A stretch of 64,000 bases of DNA from Eledone cirrhosa (GCA_964016885.1 OZ024740.1:290036001-290100000), one strand, 5' to 3'; shown: positions 1-15,528, counted from the first letter of the stretch. Numbers and translations: made by a program. The notes: generated by a model not told the origin, from the sequence alone.

Positions 1-794
1 GTTTACAAGCAGAGCTCTGTGTCTAGTACGAGTAATGTATGGTTGAGGTGTTTAGTTGGGTAGTCTATAGTAACTTTAATACTCTGGTGGATGGAGTTAG
101 CTATTTGCTGGATGCCTTCCATGGTATTCTTCTCTAATTCCTGACTCTTCTCCTGTGGGGTGTTTTTACTATGATGTTTATGTCATCTATGTAGCGGGAG
201 TACATAGTCATGGTTATACAATTGTCATCTAATTGTTTCTTAAGTCTTCTGTCCCTCCATACCATAAAGAGGTTAGCTATGTCACCTGCAATGCTAACGC
301 CAATGGCTGCCCCATCCTCTTGGGCATGTTTTGCCATTAAACTTGAACAATGTTCCTTAAGAGATAGTTTTATATTGGTCCCCACCGCATGTGCGATAAT
401 TTTCTTTAATTCATCATGGTTTTCAGGGTTCCGTATGGCTCTGGTCCACCCGCCCCATCTTTCGGTGTGGGTTTTCTTGGCCATTGAGGTCATGTGTGTC
501 TAAATAATCTTTATTGTGTGTGAATTTAAATAGGAGTCCCAGCTCACAAAACACAACACACAAAAACAAGATAGTGTAGGCCAGAACGAAGGAGAGAAGC
601 AAAATTTAAAAAAATCGGTCACTGAGGAGGTCACAGAATGTGTGATGAAAGAGCTTCGACAATATATAAACAACCATCCAGTTATCGAAACAACTAATCA
701 ACCAACCGGAAATTTGGAAATTTATAATAAATGGAAATGAAAACCAGCAGGTGCGTGTGTTTTTATTGGCAGCATGACCCTCCCAAAGTATAAC

Positions 795-797
<3 letters not shown>
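1..797 (-). mobile_element. 5'-truncated Penelope-like (Naiad-type) retroelement: RT fragment on the minus strand capped by an inverted pseudo-LTR
   Basis: ORF 134-493(-) has GAAIGVSIAGDIANLFMVW and YSRYIDD (PLE RT motifs). 535-797 is on the opposite strand, carries a hammerhead and ends in gtgcgtgtgtttttattggcagcatgaccctcccaaagtataac, related to the termini at 25690-25772, 39066-39170 and 52051-52240. Confidence 0.8.
618..660 (+). ncRNA. Minimal type I hammerhead ribozyme (PLE pLTR)
   Basis: gtca CTGAGGA g GTCACA gaatg TGTGAT GAAA gagc TT cgac: core boxes, 6-bp stem II, short stem I gtc/gac. Confidence 0.65.
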
Positions 798-837
<40 letters not shown>

Positions 838-935
838 TATGTATGTATTTAAAAGGTAAACAGAAATAACAACACAATCGGTACAGTATATGGAAGGGAT
901 ATATTAGGTTAACGCTTAATATAAGAGGAAGGGAG

Positions 936-970
936 TTCTAACGTTTCTGACGCTAGACCTTCATCAGAAG
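936..970 (-). ncRNA. Degenerate minimal hammerhead motif
   Basis: Reverse complement reads CTGATGA aggtctagcgtca GAAAC GTTA; stems I and II are poor. Confidence 0.4.
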
Positions 971-1024
971 GAAGAATGAGAAATAAGATAGATTGAGAGG
1001 ATGGGTGGGCTGGAATTGGAAAAA

Positions 1025-1063
<39 letters not shown>

Positions 1064-1244
1064 AAATTAAACTAAGGGTGTCATGTCAGAGAGAAATGCA
1101 CCATATCCACTGTAGAATATGCTCCAAGATTCCAATGAATAGATCCAAGCATTTTATATCAACTAGAAATTGATTGACATATATATATATCTAAAATAAA
1201 CTTATATATATATATATATATAATATATAATATATATATATTGA

Positions 1245-2089
1245 TGATCGCGAATAAATGGCTATCGTTTATTTATCTAGTATTTCTTCACAGGTGCCTT
1301 TTTAATCTTATAGCCTGGTTTAATTGTTTTTTTTTTGAGTGGTTGATTATGCTAATTGGGAAAGGAAATGGAGTATATATCTTATCAAATGATTCTAAGG
1401 ACATAATTTATAGTATATTGCTCTGATTATTTAATTTATTAATTCACCATTGAGCCACATCGTGAATGGTTGCCAATAACATATCTATAACTTTGTCTAG
1501 TTTGTGTATATGTAAATCTTTATATTTGATAATCTCCCATAAGGTTGAGATGCAATTTGGGCAATATTGGGCTGCGCTTTCTAGCAACCAGCCTACTAGC
1601 CGTAAGGCACCAATCTCATTCTTTCTGACTTGACCACTGCCACGTCACAGCTTTTAGCCATTTTGAATTCGTTTCTGGCGGGGATCATTTAAGAAAAATC
1701 TTTGTCCAAGTGAGTTTGTTTCCTGATGAGTTCAAAGCTCAAGAATTTATCCTTGATAGGATATTTCCGAAAGCGAACGAAACCCTAAGGGTATAAAAGT
1801 AATCGTGGTATGTGTATATGCATTTTTTCTTCTAACTTTAATTTTATACCTAATTGTGTATGGCTGACGATATATTTAATCGATTTCCACGTGCTATTGA
1901 AATGATGGGTAAATATTCTATGGCTGTTGATCGCGAATAAATGGCTATCGTTTATTTATCTATTATTTCTTCACAGGTTCCTTTTAATCTTATAGCCTGG
2001 TTTAATTGGTTTTTTGTGTGGTTGATTATGCTAATTGGGAGAGGAAATTGAGTATATATCTTATCATATGATTCTAAGGACATAATTTA
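1245..2089 (+). mobile_element. Non-coding element with ~165-bp terminal direct repeats (period ~683) and an internal hammerhead, inserted in (TA)n
   Basis: 1245-1410 recurs at 1928-2089; (TA)n on both sides. Confidence 0.7.
1718..1798 (+). ncRNA. Type I hammerhead with extended stem II
   Basis: CTGATGA gttc...gaac GAAA CCC TAA GG GTA; stem III ACCC/GGGT; stem I weak (ttt/aaa). Confidence 0.65.
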
Positions 2090-2147
<58 letters not shown>

Positions 2148-2487
2148 ATAAATATATATGTATATATATATGTATGTGTGTGTGTGTGTGTGTGTGTATA
2201 AATATATATGTATATATATATGTATGTGTGTGTGTGTATGTGTGTGTGTAATGTGTGTTTGGATGTATTTTAATATATTTACTCAAATTGCTTCATGGTA
2301 ATTGGTGACGCCTCTTTACGTGCTTAATTCAATTCACATTCAGGTTGGCTTTGGCTCTCACTTTTACGAATACAATCTCCATTTCTTCCCTTTTTTCTTC
2401 TTTCTTTCTTTTCCCCTTCTCCACATTCATTGTTTTGCAATTATTACTATATTATAATTTTCATTTTCATTTTACTTTCTTTCTCTC

Positions 2488-2537
<50 letters not shown>

Positions 2538-4554
2538 ACTCTTTCTCTCTCTGTTTCTCCCTATTTCATTCATTATCCCTTTCTTTCTATATTCCTCTTC
2601 TTTTTTACTTTTTCGTCCTGTCTCCCCTTTTCTCTTTGTTTCTCAGATACGTCTTACCACATTTCTTTCTTATTTTCTTTTTAAATATTTTCCTTCCACT
2701 CTATTTTTTCCACTTGATTTTGAGCTTTCTTTCCACCCATTCCGTTCTTCTTTCTTTCTCTTTCTAAAATTATACATGTTTCTTCTTATACAATATTTGA
2801 TTATATCTCTTTTGTTATAATTAGTATTAGATTTTTATGATTCTTTCTCATCATTTCATCTTTTCCTTCGTTTGATTTCTTCCATTTTCCCATCTACACC
2901 TGTTGAAACCAATTTTCAGATTTCATCTTCATCAACCATTTGGTGCCAAAATGAATCCTCTTTTTAAAACAGATAATAACATTTCCTGTGATTTTTTTTT
3001 CACACTTAGAGTATTGTGATATTTTTGCTCGGGAGGATTTGGTGGGGAAGGTGATGATACAAATGATATCCAATGTTCAGAATTGAAATTCTCAAATTAC
3101 TATGCTGAGTTCAAATTTAGAATGGCTTTACTTTTCCATTAATCCATTCTCCTTTCTGTTTTTTTCTATCCCTCCTGCAGCAATTTCATCAAATACACAC
3201 ACTATCGTCATAATACAAAGAGATGAATACACTGCATAAGACACTTTGCTTTCTTTATAAAGGCAGGATACATTGGTCAAAGTAGACTTAACCCTTTAGC
3301 ATTCACATTACTCTATATATACTATTATATTTTCATGGTAAAGGCTTTACCTAACATAATTATCTCACATAATATCGAATCTATGAGATTTTGAAAGTAT
3401 TTATTTTGAGAACAACACCTTAACATCGCTTTGAGTGACCAGTTACAGCCAGTTTCAACAGAAAGAGGTAGAGAATTCTAGCCGGTTTTGGCCGGTTTGA
3501 CCATTAAAGGGTTAAATATATAAACGATAGAATATTTTCTCGGTTAGTGTATTTTCTCATCGTTCTGCTGGTTCAGAACCGAATTACAAATAAACAACAA
3601 CTACAACCACGCCCTCCCCCACCACCCCTACCAGTTCTATGACAGTTTCTGAAACAGCAGGCAGTGTAACACTATCACAAAAGCCTACATAATTCAGCTA
3701 CCTATCATGTTTTCATAATCTCTACTGTGTCTCCCACAGACGACAAAAGCTTGAACTATACACATTCCCAATTCCTCCCTCTCCCATAAATACTGTCTAA
3801 AGTATCGCCCCCACCCCCCATCCCTCTCTCTCTATCTCTCTCTCTCGTTCTTTCTCTAAACCTACATTGTTCAACAGCAGTTCAAGTTGTACATCAACCA
3901 TTTGAGAAGGTTTATGAAGAGAACAATTGACACGTTCTTCTCAGATCTTTGACAGGTCCTGCTGGTGGCATCACTGTTCCTCTTGAGCTTATCCTGAACC
4001 AAAACGAAATTCTGGTAGCATGCCTAGGCTAAATACTTTGGGAAGTAATCAATAATCTCTGGTCATTAAGTTCTCTGAGAAGACTGTTCAACACATCCTG
4101 GCAGCGGTGGTGGTTAGTGTTCGTATTAGGGTTGTTGTTGTTATTCTTGTGCATGTGACGGCAGTGTGAAAGTTCTTAAAAGCGGGAAGTCAGCTTCAGA
4201 CTCTTCCGGTGCTGTTTGTTTGTGTTGTTGTTGTCACTATTTTTTAACTTTGGCTGTTTCACCTTGTGGCCATCTAGTTGTTCATATCAGTGGAAGAATT
4301 TTTCTCGTTCACCATATCTATTTAAAGAGAAATTAAGAGGAATTTATGAAAAGAAACACAAATTGAGCCCTTAAGGACTCCAGATTGAAGGAAACCAACT
4401 AGCTCCCTAAGATGATGGTTGACTTAGGCACAAAACAATATATAACGTTAACAAATAACGTTTGAAAATATGCAAACAATAAACTTACTCTGTGGATTTG
4501 TAACACGTCTCGGGGGGCTCAACGACAATAATAATAATAATAATAATAATAATA

Positions 4555-5458
4555 ATTGTTTCTGCATTTGGCACATGGCTAGCAATTTGAAGGGAAGGAA
4601 AACTCGATTAAATGCACCCTATTGCGTTATTGGTACTTTATGTTATTGACTCCTAAGAATAAAAGGCAAAGCTAAGCTTAGTTGGAATAATAATAATAAT
4701 TGTTTCTACTTTAGGCACAAGGCAATTACCCAGTGTATTACTGGTACTTTATTTTATCGACCCCGTAAGGATGAAAGGCAAAGTCAACCTCGGCGGGATT
4801 TGAACTCAGATCAATAATAATAATGATTTCTAGTATAACACAAGGCCAGTCATTGGTGGAGGGGAAAGTCGATTAAGTCGACCCCAGTACGTTACTGGTG
4901 CTTTATTTTATCGACCCCGTAAGGATGAAAGGCAAAGTTAACCTTAGCGGGATTTCAATTCAGACTGTAAAAAGGCCATAATTCTATGCTGCAAAACATG
5001 GCATCTAACCCTCTACCGATACTGAATAATAATAATAATTGTTTCTACTTTAGGCACAAGGCCAGCAATGTTTTAGGGAGGAGGGGAGAGTCGATTAAGT
5101 CGACCCCAGTACGTTACTGGTGCTTCATTTTATCGACGCCGTAACGATGAAAGGCAAAGTTAACCTCGGCGGGATTTGAACTCAGGCCGTAAAGGGCCGT
5201 AACTCTATGCTGCAAAGTAAGGTGTCCGACTCTCTACCGTTACTGCCAATCCACCGCCCTTAGTTGGAATAATAATAATTGTTTCTACTTTTGGCACGAG
5301 GCCAGCAATTATCCCAGTGTATTACTGGTACTTTATTTTTCGACCCCCCCGTAAGGATGAAAGACAAAGTTAACTTTGAACTCAGACCGTAAAGAGCTGT
5401 AACTCTATGCTGCAAAGCATGGCATCCGGCCCTCTACCGATACTGCCAATCCACCACC
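4555..5458 (-). mobile_element. Head-to-tail cluster of ~5 full or partial tRNA-derived SINEs
   Basis: Repeated core ctttgcctttcatccttacggggtcgataaaataaagtaccagt, A box TGGCAGTATCGG, B box GAGTTCAAATCC, (TAA)n between copies. Confidence 0.9.
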
Positions 5459-5937
5459 TAATGAACACCAGCAATATTTGTAGTTATAGAAACAACAGTA
5501 GCAGCAACAATGCCGTGAGATCCAATGGATAGCAATACAAAAAGATAGGTGAGGATATTAGATACACCTGCCCACCTTCAGACACATAGGAATGTTATCC
5601 CCTTCTCTCTCTTTGTATGGATGTATTTCTTCGTTCTCTCTTTTATGCCATTCCTCTTCCTCTCCCCCCGCTTGCCTCTGCCCATTCCTTCACTCCCCAT
5701 CTCATTATCTACTCCATTTTCGCCCCTCTTTCATACACACACATACAGCCGCACAATTAGATATTGAATAAATTAACGTCTCGTTCCAGCGAGATTTCCA
5801 GAACTATCTGTCTGTTTGGGCAAAGCTGAAACCAAGCGAAAGGTGGTGTAGCTGTGCTATCTCTGTGTGTATGAGGGCGTGTATGTTTATGCGTGTGAGC
5901 ATGAAGTGGTAGTATATTGTGTGTATGTATGTAATAA

Positions 5938-7393
<1,456 letters not shown>

Positions 7394-7712
7394 GAAAGAG
7401 AGAGAAATAATTGAGCGAGAGAGATTGAGAGAGGTGGAGGGAGAGGGAGAGGGAGAAACGTTGTCATGAAACGTAAGAAAGGTCAGTGGTGTGGCTTTAG
7501 ATGATTGACCTTTTCATTAGATTCTGGTTTGCAGCGTAGAGGAGGGGTGGGTATAAGAGGAGGCGGTAAATATAAAGAAACAATAAGAAGATGCGAAATA
7601 ACCCCCCCCCCCCCCACTCTCTTCCTCTCCCTCTCTCTCTCCCTCCCTCTCTCTCTCTCTCTCTCTCTTTCTCTTTCTCTCTTTATATATGTATATATAC
7701 ATACATACATAT

Positions 7713-8298
7713 ATAAAATGAGATTAAGATTCCCACAGGTACTAAGTACCCACGGAAATATATAGGGTGTCTATAATACATTTGTTGTTCAATGGTACTA
7801 ATTTGAGATACCAGAACTATAACATTGAGATGAGCGGAACAAGTAAACATTAAACAAACTTTTAAATAAATTAAAATACGATTTAAATATTCACCTGTCC
7901 AAAATGCTATTACCGACGGTTTCGCTTCACAAAAGATTGGAAATTCAAAGAATTTCCAACGGAAAGATCAGCTCTTCAGACAGCTATTTCCATTCTATAG
8001 GACGTAACGTTTCACAGTTTGTAAATATATCGTTTACTACCCTAAGTATGAGGTCAGGCCGTTAAAGTGACCCGCACATAAACAGACCGTTAGTAAAAGC
8101 GGGAATATTATAGACGTGTTGTTTGCCACGCACTAAAAATAGCAGCAAGGTACAACGTTTTTTTCTCTACACACATGGGAGAATATACATAAAATGAGGT
8201 TAATATCCCCACAGGTATTAAGTACCTACGGAAATATATAGGGTGTCTATAATACATTTGTTGTTCAATGGTACTAATTTGAGATACCAGAACTATAA
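7713..8298 (-). mobile_element. Non-coding element with ~110-bp terminal direct repeats (period ~476) and an internal hammerhead
   Basis: 7713-7822 recurs at 8189-8298; flanked by TA/CA microsatellites. Confidence 0.75.
7906..7984 (-). ncRNA. Type I hammerhead ribozyme with long stem II insertion
   Basis: RC: gctgt CTGAAGA gc[..ttggaaattc tttg aatttccaa..]gc GAAA CCG T CGG TA atagc; stem I 5 bp, GUA cleavage triplet. Confidence 0.85.
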
Positions 8299-8299
8299 A

Positions 8300-8342
<43 letters not shown>

Positions 8343-8365
8343 CGTGTATATATATATATAGATAA

Positions 8366-8519
<154 letters not shown>

Positions 8520-8669
8520 AATTTATTTGTCCTTACCTTCTCACATGACTGAGTGTTTAAAATCACGTGATGCGACAATAAATGAACATTTTATAATCAA
8601 CATTCTGGTTCGAATTCACTCGAAAGAATTTGGTAGACAGCAAATCACACTTTACTATATTCTGGCCTT

Positions 8670-9497
8670 ATGGCGATGAACTAGCAATATCGGTAGAGCG
8701 TCGGACATGCTTTGTGGTGAATATTTATGATCTTTTATGTTCTGAGTTCAAATCATTCCGAAGTTAGCTTTTCCTTTCATCTTTCTGGTAGCATTAAAAT
8801 CAATACCAGTAACGCACTGTGATCGATTTAATCGATTTCACCTTCCCTTCAAATCGCTGGACTTGTACTAAAAGTAAAAACAATTGTTTTCTAATCTTTT
8901 GCTTATGTTATTCCTCTGTGATTTATGTTCTGAAATCTTTACCTTTTGTTTTCAAATCTTACGGAAGTTACTTTTGCTTTCCTCTTTCCGGGACCTATGA
9001 AATAAAGTATAAATCAAGTATGTACTGAGGGTTCTTTAAAATTGACTTTCATTACCTCAAATTGCTAACCTTGTGCTAAATTTAGAAACCGTTATTATTA
9101 TTATCATCACCACGAGGGCGGTGGATTGGCAGTATTGATAGAGCGTCGGACACCATGCTTAACAGTATAGAGTTACTTCCCTGTGTGTTCTGATTCAAAT
9201 CCAGCCGAGGTTAACTTTGCCTTTCATATTTACGGGGTCGATAAACTAAAGTACCGGTAATGCACTGGGGTAATTACTGGTCTTCTGCCAAAAGTAGAAA
9301 CAGTATTAGGGTGGTGGATTGGCAGTATCGGTAGAGGATCGGACGCCATGCTTTGAAGCAGAGAGTTACGGCCCTTTATGATCTGAGTTCAAATCCCGTC
9401 GAGGTTAACTTTGCCTTTCATCCTTACGGGTTCGATAAAATAAAGTACCAGTAATACACTGGTTAATTGCTGGTCTTGTGCCAAAAGTAGAAACAAT
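8670..9497 (+). mobile_element. Three to four tRNA-derived SINE copies
   Basis: Same SINE core and A/B boxes at ~8670-8885, 9115-9305, 9308-9497. Confidence 0.85.
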
Positions 9498-9599
9498 TAT
9501 TATCATCGTTTTTAACATGTCACTCTGTAGTTAATATAAATTTGTGGATCATTGCAGATAGTGAATTTTATTTTTCTGTGATATACTCTCGTGAAGTAT

Positions 9600-10340
9600 T
9601 ACATGAAAGCAGACGGGAATGTGTACATTATTCGATACTAAACAGATATCTGTGATCTTTCAGCAGCACTTTACCGAATACTTGCGTAGTCAAAGTGAAC
9701 TAGAAAATGTAAACTTAAAGGGCAACCTGAGCAACTTAAAGCGTAATAGGTGAATTGGAATGAAAAATTTATAATATCATCAGAAATGTGTGAGGTGTTT
9801 TTGAAAAAATTATAAGTAATCAGAATGGAATGATTTATCTTGCTAACTTATTTAAAAAGGACAGATTTGTTCACTCCAGTCATAGTTGACATGTACCACA
9901 AGCTGGATCTTTTCCAAGCTGTGAGAGCCGGTGACTGGTTACACATGGAATGGCTGGATTGCCGATCAGAATCTCGTAGTTCTTTAGTCTCGTCTTTAAT
10001 GGTTGAACCACTATATTTTATAGCACTCTCTGGTTGATTTTTGTCATAAATGACCACATACCAGAACCGTTTAGTATCACACGATTGCTTTGTTTAGGCT
10101 TCCTTCTCTTACCAATTCTTACACGGACATAGAAAGGTGATTTTTATATATGCAAATGATGTCACTCTCATGATGCCGAAAATTTCGAAAATCAAGATAA
10201 CCGGCATAAAACTGGTGGAACATGATGTAGTAACAGGAACACGAACTAATCAGCATAAATCAATATGCCTTGAAGCTGGACACTGGAGAGGCAACTGCCT
10301 GTCCAATCTAGTATCATCTATGGTCTTCTGTGAAAATTAG
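9600..10340 (+). pseudogene. Ancient Tx1/L1-clade RT remnant
   Basis: YANDVTLMM...VTGTRTNQHKSICLEAGHW aligns by eye with YADDVTVM...FTGAKLNRDKSVGLQLGTW of the element at 37480-37620; FQQHF at ~9658. Confidence 0.65.
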
Positions 10341-11412
10341 AAATTCGTATTTTATTGACTAAAAGAAATTAAAAGCAATCAACATCGAAATCAGGATAGT
10401 TCGGGATTACACTGCCATTCTGTCGATTCTGTTTTCTTTTAACACTTTATTGTATACCAACACCTTTAAAGGCAGATCGAAGTACCAAAATCATATCTTT
10501 CACCAACATTTGTTTAATGTCAACGAAACCACAATTCAATATTTCTCAGAAAGATACAACGACTGAAACACTATTTTGTCCATATTTCTTCTGGCTTAAT
10601 CTACTATCAATAGTTGAAACCATTGATTTTAACAATAACATTAACCCGCATTAACCCCTGTTTTTTTATCATCGTTAGTTTACACAAATCTCAGACTAAC
10701 AAGAACCAAACGCGAAAATATTCTATCTACTGTATATTCTTCGCGAAATCTGAACATCCACAAAATTATCTTAGTAAGTTATTCACCATTATAGAAGCAC
10801 AAGTTGTAGCCTCCAAACTTTTCTTAAATCCGGTAGAAGTAACATTTTGACACGTTTTTTCCAACATAAACCATAAGACTGTTTCGATATTTCCATAGGC
10901 AGCCTATTAAAACGGATAAAATACGGAAGACCTAGAAGCTGCATTTTTGTATTCCTTCCTTCTATCCCTCTTTCTTTTACTGTTTCTCTTCCTCTTTGAC
11001 TCACACTCACGCTGTATATCATTCCATTTACTCATTCACTCTTCATTCTCTTCCTCACTCTCTCATCTCATTTATTTGTTTTTCTTTCTTTCTTTCATTC
11101 TTTCTTTCTTTCTTTCTTTCTTTCTCTCTCTGTGTCTCTCCATTTGCAATAATGAAGTAATTTTGTTACTGGAAGCTTTACCTAAAAATAGTCGATATAG
11201 ACGTTTTATTTCGCCAGCAGCAAACCACAGAAAACATTACAATTTCCACCCATCTTTCTCCACTGTCTGCCTTGGTTAATACAAACAATTTAAGCGTTTG
11301 AGGTCTTCACCATCATGTTCTCCCATTGGCTATCAAAGTTCTTTCGGAAATAAAACACAACAGCAACACCATCACCAGCAGCAACAGCAGCAGCAGTAAC
11401 AACAAAAAAAAA

Positions 11413-11443
<31 letters not shown>

Positions 11444-12223
11444 GTTGGCTATGTTGAAAACGACAACAATGGAAACATTGACAACAACGACAGCGACATA
11501 ACGATAGCAACAATGAAAATGCTATGGGAACCCACCACTATTATTATCACTACGCAATAACAAGAATCAACACTAGTAACAATAGCTATATGAATAACTC
11601 AAGTGGATCAGGGTTGGCCCGGGGCTAAATAGCAAACATGAAAATAGCAATATGAAAATCCTATCACCACCTACATCAGTATGCGGTCGTTTGACATACT
11701 AGAAATAGAAGTCAACTTCCCCTGAATGCATACCCTACTGTTAAAAAAGAACACATTAGTCCTAGATATATATATACTATATATTTCATTGTTTTACGAC
11801 TCATGACAATACAATCATTCCTACTAACACTGTGGTCGCTAGTACCAGCATCGCCACCGCCGATTTCTTCCAGAGAGAGAGATACAGTGAGTTAGAAGGA
11901 CTTTAATACTGAACTAATATTTTGTTCGAAAAATTGAACGGCCTCGAAAAATTGAACGGCAAAGTAGACCTAAGTGAGATTTTAACTCGGGGCGTAGTGA
12001 GCCGTAACACAGGCTAAAGTATGTTCAATCCAACGCTTTAACAACTCTGCCAATTTACCGCCTTGTATAATAAAGACAACACTAAATAGCCGAAATAAAA
12101 GCGAAGCTAGAGCTAAATATGTTTATATTTTTACAAAAAATGGGATAATGACTTTGATTGTAAAGAACATTAGTATAGTATATATGTGTGTGAGTGGATG
12201 TGATAAGGATCTATATTTAAAGG

Positions 12224-14480
12224 TTAGTTCGCCTCGTAGTCCCAGTGGGCAAAATGGAGAAGCCAGAGGATCGTGAGGGAGACACGATGGTATAGCCACA
12301 CCAACTGGCGGGGCTCGCTCTTGCGAGTTGCCAACTCCACCCCATTACTAGTGAGTAGGGATATGGTCCAGCGGCCCAAAACGCCGAAAGTCTCCACTGC
12401 CACAGGCTTGACCTCATACCTATGAGAGAGTGGTCGATACTGCCACAGTTTGATCTCTTCGGCCTGACGCATAAAGAAACTTGGGCTGGTAGCGGAACGC
12501 AATAGGTTGTCACAGGAGAAGATATCGCAACACATAGCATCCAAGATAAGGTGTTTATCACCATGAGGCGGAAAATTGTTATGCCGTCTAGCCATTTACC
12601 TTTCCCTCAGTCTAGCCCCGCTGGCTCGGGTTGGAAAGGTAGCCTGTGCCGCACTGGTCATGCTTTATAATCTCGTTGAGAGCCGTATAGAGGTGACAAA
12701 CATTACAACAACATGACAGTGGATCTGCAGCAGCACTTGTTATTGGATCCGGAAATCGAACCTGGAGGAAACACCGATGCACAAACAGCCAGGGTCAATC
12801 GAAAGTGATGGCACTGTGTTGAGCCAAGCACCGCTGTAGGGTTGTGAAGCCGGGTGAAAACATACCGGACAGTTCTGGCCAAGCCGGCGTACCAGTATGT
12901 CCGAAGTCATGTTGCACTGAATGGCTCCCATTTGTTGTTGGGGTACTGGGAATCTACAAAGGGGAGATGGGGAATGACGTCCGCAGGGCGGAAGCCGAGC
13001 TGGTTCTAAGTCACGTAGGCCGCCTAGCATTTCCTGATCACAGTAAGTTGTGTTGTGGAGAACCCTCTTGATAAGGACACAGTAAGCGGTCAGCGACGAA
13101 AGAGATGCTAGCAGGGCCAGTAAAATTGGAGACTAGAGACCGAGGTCATATCTTACGGGTAAGGTGGACTGTTGCCAACCAGTGTCATCAAACCGGATAT
13201 TGCATATATCCACATCAGCCGGTCGGATACAGGCGTCGAGATCTTTAAGGAGAGATACATGGCTGTGGCACGGAGCCCCGCTGAATGTGTATAGAAGCTT
13301 AGGAATGGCGAAGCAGTTCCTTAACCAGAAGAATGTCGGATGGGCATCAATCAGGTTCTGTAGGGTTGTCAGAGTTTCGAGTTGGTGAAATCCTAGTCGT
13401 GAGGATGGAGCGAATGGTAGGCCGGAGGAGCGATGAACCGAGGATAAGGACGTCTTAATTAAGGGTCACCTACACCTGGTAGAGAAATGATCGCACATCC
13501 GACATGGAGACCACGAAGCCTTCTACCTCCTAATTGACGTTCACGACCTCCAACTTTGACGAGCTGATCTTGAAGCCGATCCTCACTAGAGCGGGAACCA
13601 CTGATCGGTGATCGTCGCATTGTCCAGGTGCCAGACATTAAGAGGAACTGTGATGCTTCAAGTAATGTTTTCTACCCCAAGAGCGAAGAGAAGGAGGCCC
13701 AATGGACCACTCTGTTGATCGTCGGTCGAAGGTGGTATGAGTTTGACGAGAGTGAAGAGCTTGCTTGGGAATTGTACGACAGGTAGGCCAGTGGATAGGC
13801 GGTCAGGGCACGGCTGAGGCAAGTAAGTGATGGCGGAGCAGATAGATAAAGTCATTTCTCATTGATGGTGAGGTGCCTAGAATGACTCGGCTACGGCTTC
13901 GGCAATGAGCGGGGAGAACAAGTCTTTGAGGTGGCCGTGTTGGAGATCATCGGCACCTCCCTTGCTGCTGACAGGGAAAGACCTCAGAACATAGATGATG
14001 TCTTCCTCAGAAGCCATGTATAACGGCTGATGGTCTGAGATCATAGAAGGCTAAGGACGTTGGAGCCAGAAACCGGACAAGACTTCCTCGGTGGAGTAGA
14101 GGACGGTGTCATCAGAAGCAACTACTCTGACAGCAGCCGAAACACCAGCCTCGATGTGTTTGGCGCTTATCCAGTCGCGTAAAAGCTTTGAGCTTGCATC
14201 ATGGGCGTGTGAATGAGCAGAGTGTAACATGCTCTGACACACAAGGTATGTCGACAGGCCGCCACGATCACCACCAGCTTTGGTGGGGACCGAGGGCGTG
14301 TGGAGAGAAATAGAACAGTCCTTCCCAATCTCTTAGCAGACCAAAGTCCAAGGCTTTTTCGATTGAAGATACGGCACCAGGGCAGCTTTCAGGATTTTAA
14401 GTGGGATCATCCGAAGCCACCTGAACCGAGCGATGTTGACCAACGATGGTTGGCAGTCGGGACGGCACGTTATCACTTGG
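12224..14480 (-). mobile_element. Degenerate CRE-like non-LTR retrotransposon (RT plus restriction-like endonuclease)
   Basis: Fragments GVSAAVRVVASDD, QQSGPLGLLLFAL (QQGDPLGP motif), SGAWLNTVP, KPVAVETFGVLG, WLYHRVSLTI; many stops and frameshifts. Confidence 0.8.
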
Positions 14481-14559
14481 AATCGACTTTATCTTTCATC
14501 CTTTCAACGTCGATTAAATAAATAAATTGCTGGCCGTTTGCCTTAATTAGAAATCATTA

Positions 14560-14990
14560 TTGGGGTATCGGTGAATTGGCAGTATCGGTTGAGGGTTGGA
14601 CGCCATGTTTTCTAGCATAGTTACGTCCCTTTACAGTCTGAGTTCAAATCCCGCCGAGGTTAACTTTGCCTTTCATCCTTACGGGGTCGATAAAATAAAG
14701 TACCAGTAATGTACTGGGTAATTGCTGGCCTTGTGCCTAAAGTAGAAACAATTATTAATATGTCAGACAACACGGCGGTGGATTGGCAGTATCGGTAGAG
14801 CGTCGGACTCCATGTTTTGCAGCATAGAGTTACTCCCCTTTACGATCTTAGTTCAAATCCCGCCGAGGTTTTTTGCCTGTCATCCTTACGGCGTCGATAA
14901 AATAAAGCACCAGTAATGCACTGGGATCGATTTAATCAACTTGCCCCTCCCCCAAAATTGCTGGCCTTGTGCCTATAGTAGAAATCATTA
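14560..14990 (+). mobile_element. Two tandem SINE copies
   Basis: SINE consensus at 14560-14752 and 14773-14990. Confidence 0.9.
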
Positions 14991-15528
14991 TTAATATCTC
15001 AGACAAAAACACTTGCTGAGGAGATTTTGATTTAGAATGTAAAAAGGACGTATTCTTTTAGATTGATAGTTCAGGTTCGGTACGTGTCGTATTCCCCTTT
15101 TATCATCTGTGAATGAGAAATTAAGCTAGATACTGGAATTGATCTAATCAAATACTTCTTTCCTTTATCTTCATTTTTTGCCAGTTTTTCTATGATAACA
15201 TGCAATATAGCCAATTCTGAGAGAGAAAGAGAGAAGGGGGAGAAATTACTTTAGTATTTGGTGGGTAATTTATCTATCGACTATGCAACGATGAAAAGCA
15301 ATGTTGGCCTTGTCGGAATATGAACACAGTGTACAAAGAACAGGAACAAGGTACTGTATCCGATGTTCTAACGATTCTACCAAATCATCGACTTTTAATC
15401 AACTACACTCTCCTAAAGAGTTAAACTCCTTTACTTTTCATCCTCCTGGGGCGATGTAATAAAGCATTAAATACTGAGTGAATTAAATTAACAAAATTGA
15501 CAGTTTCCTCCTATATTAGAACTCACCA

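Noticed and set aside
3860-4490. Possible minus-strand exon (acceptor ~4319, donor-like GTAAGT ~4488)
   Set aside because: All frames contain stops and no recognisable domain; could be non-coding or an old repeat.
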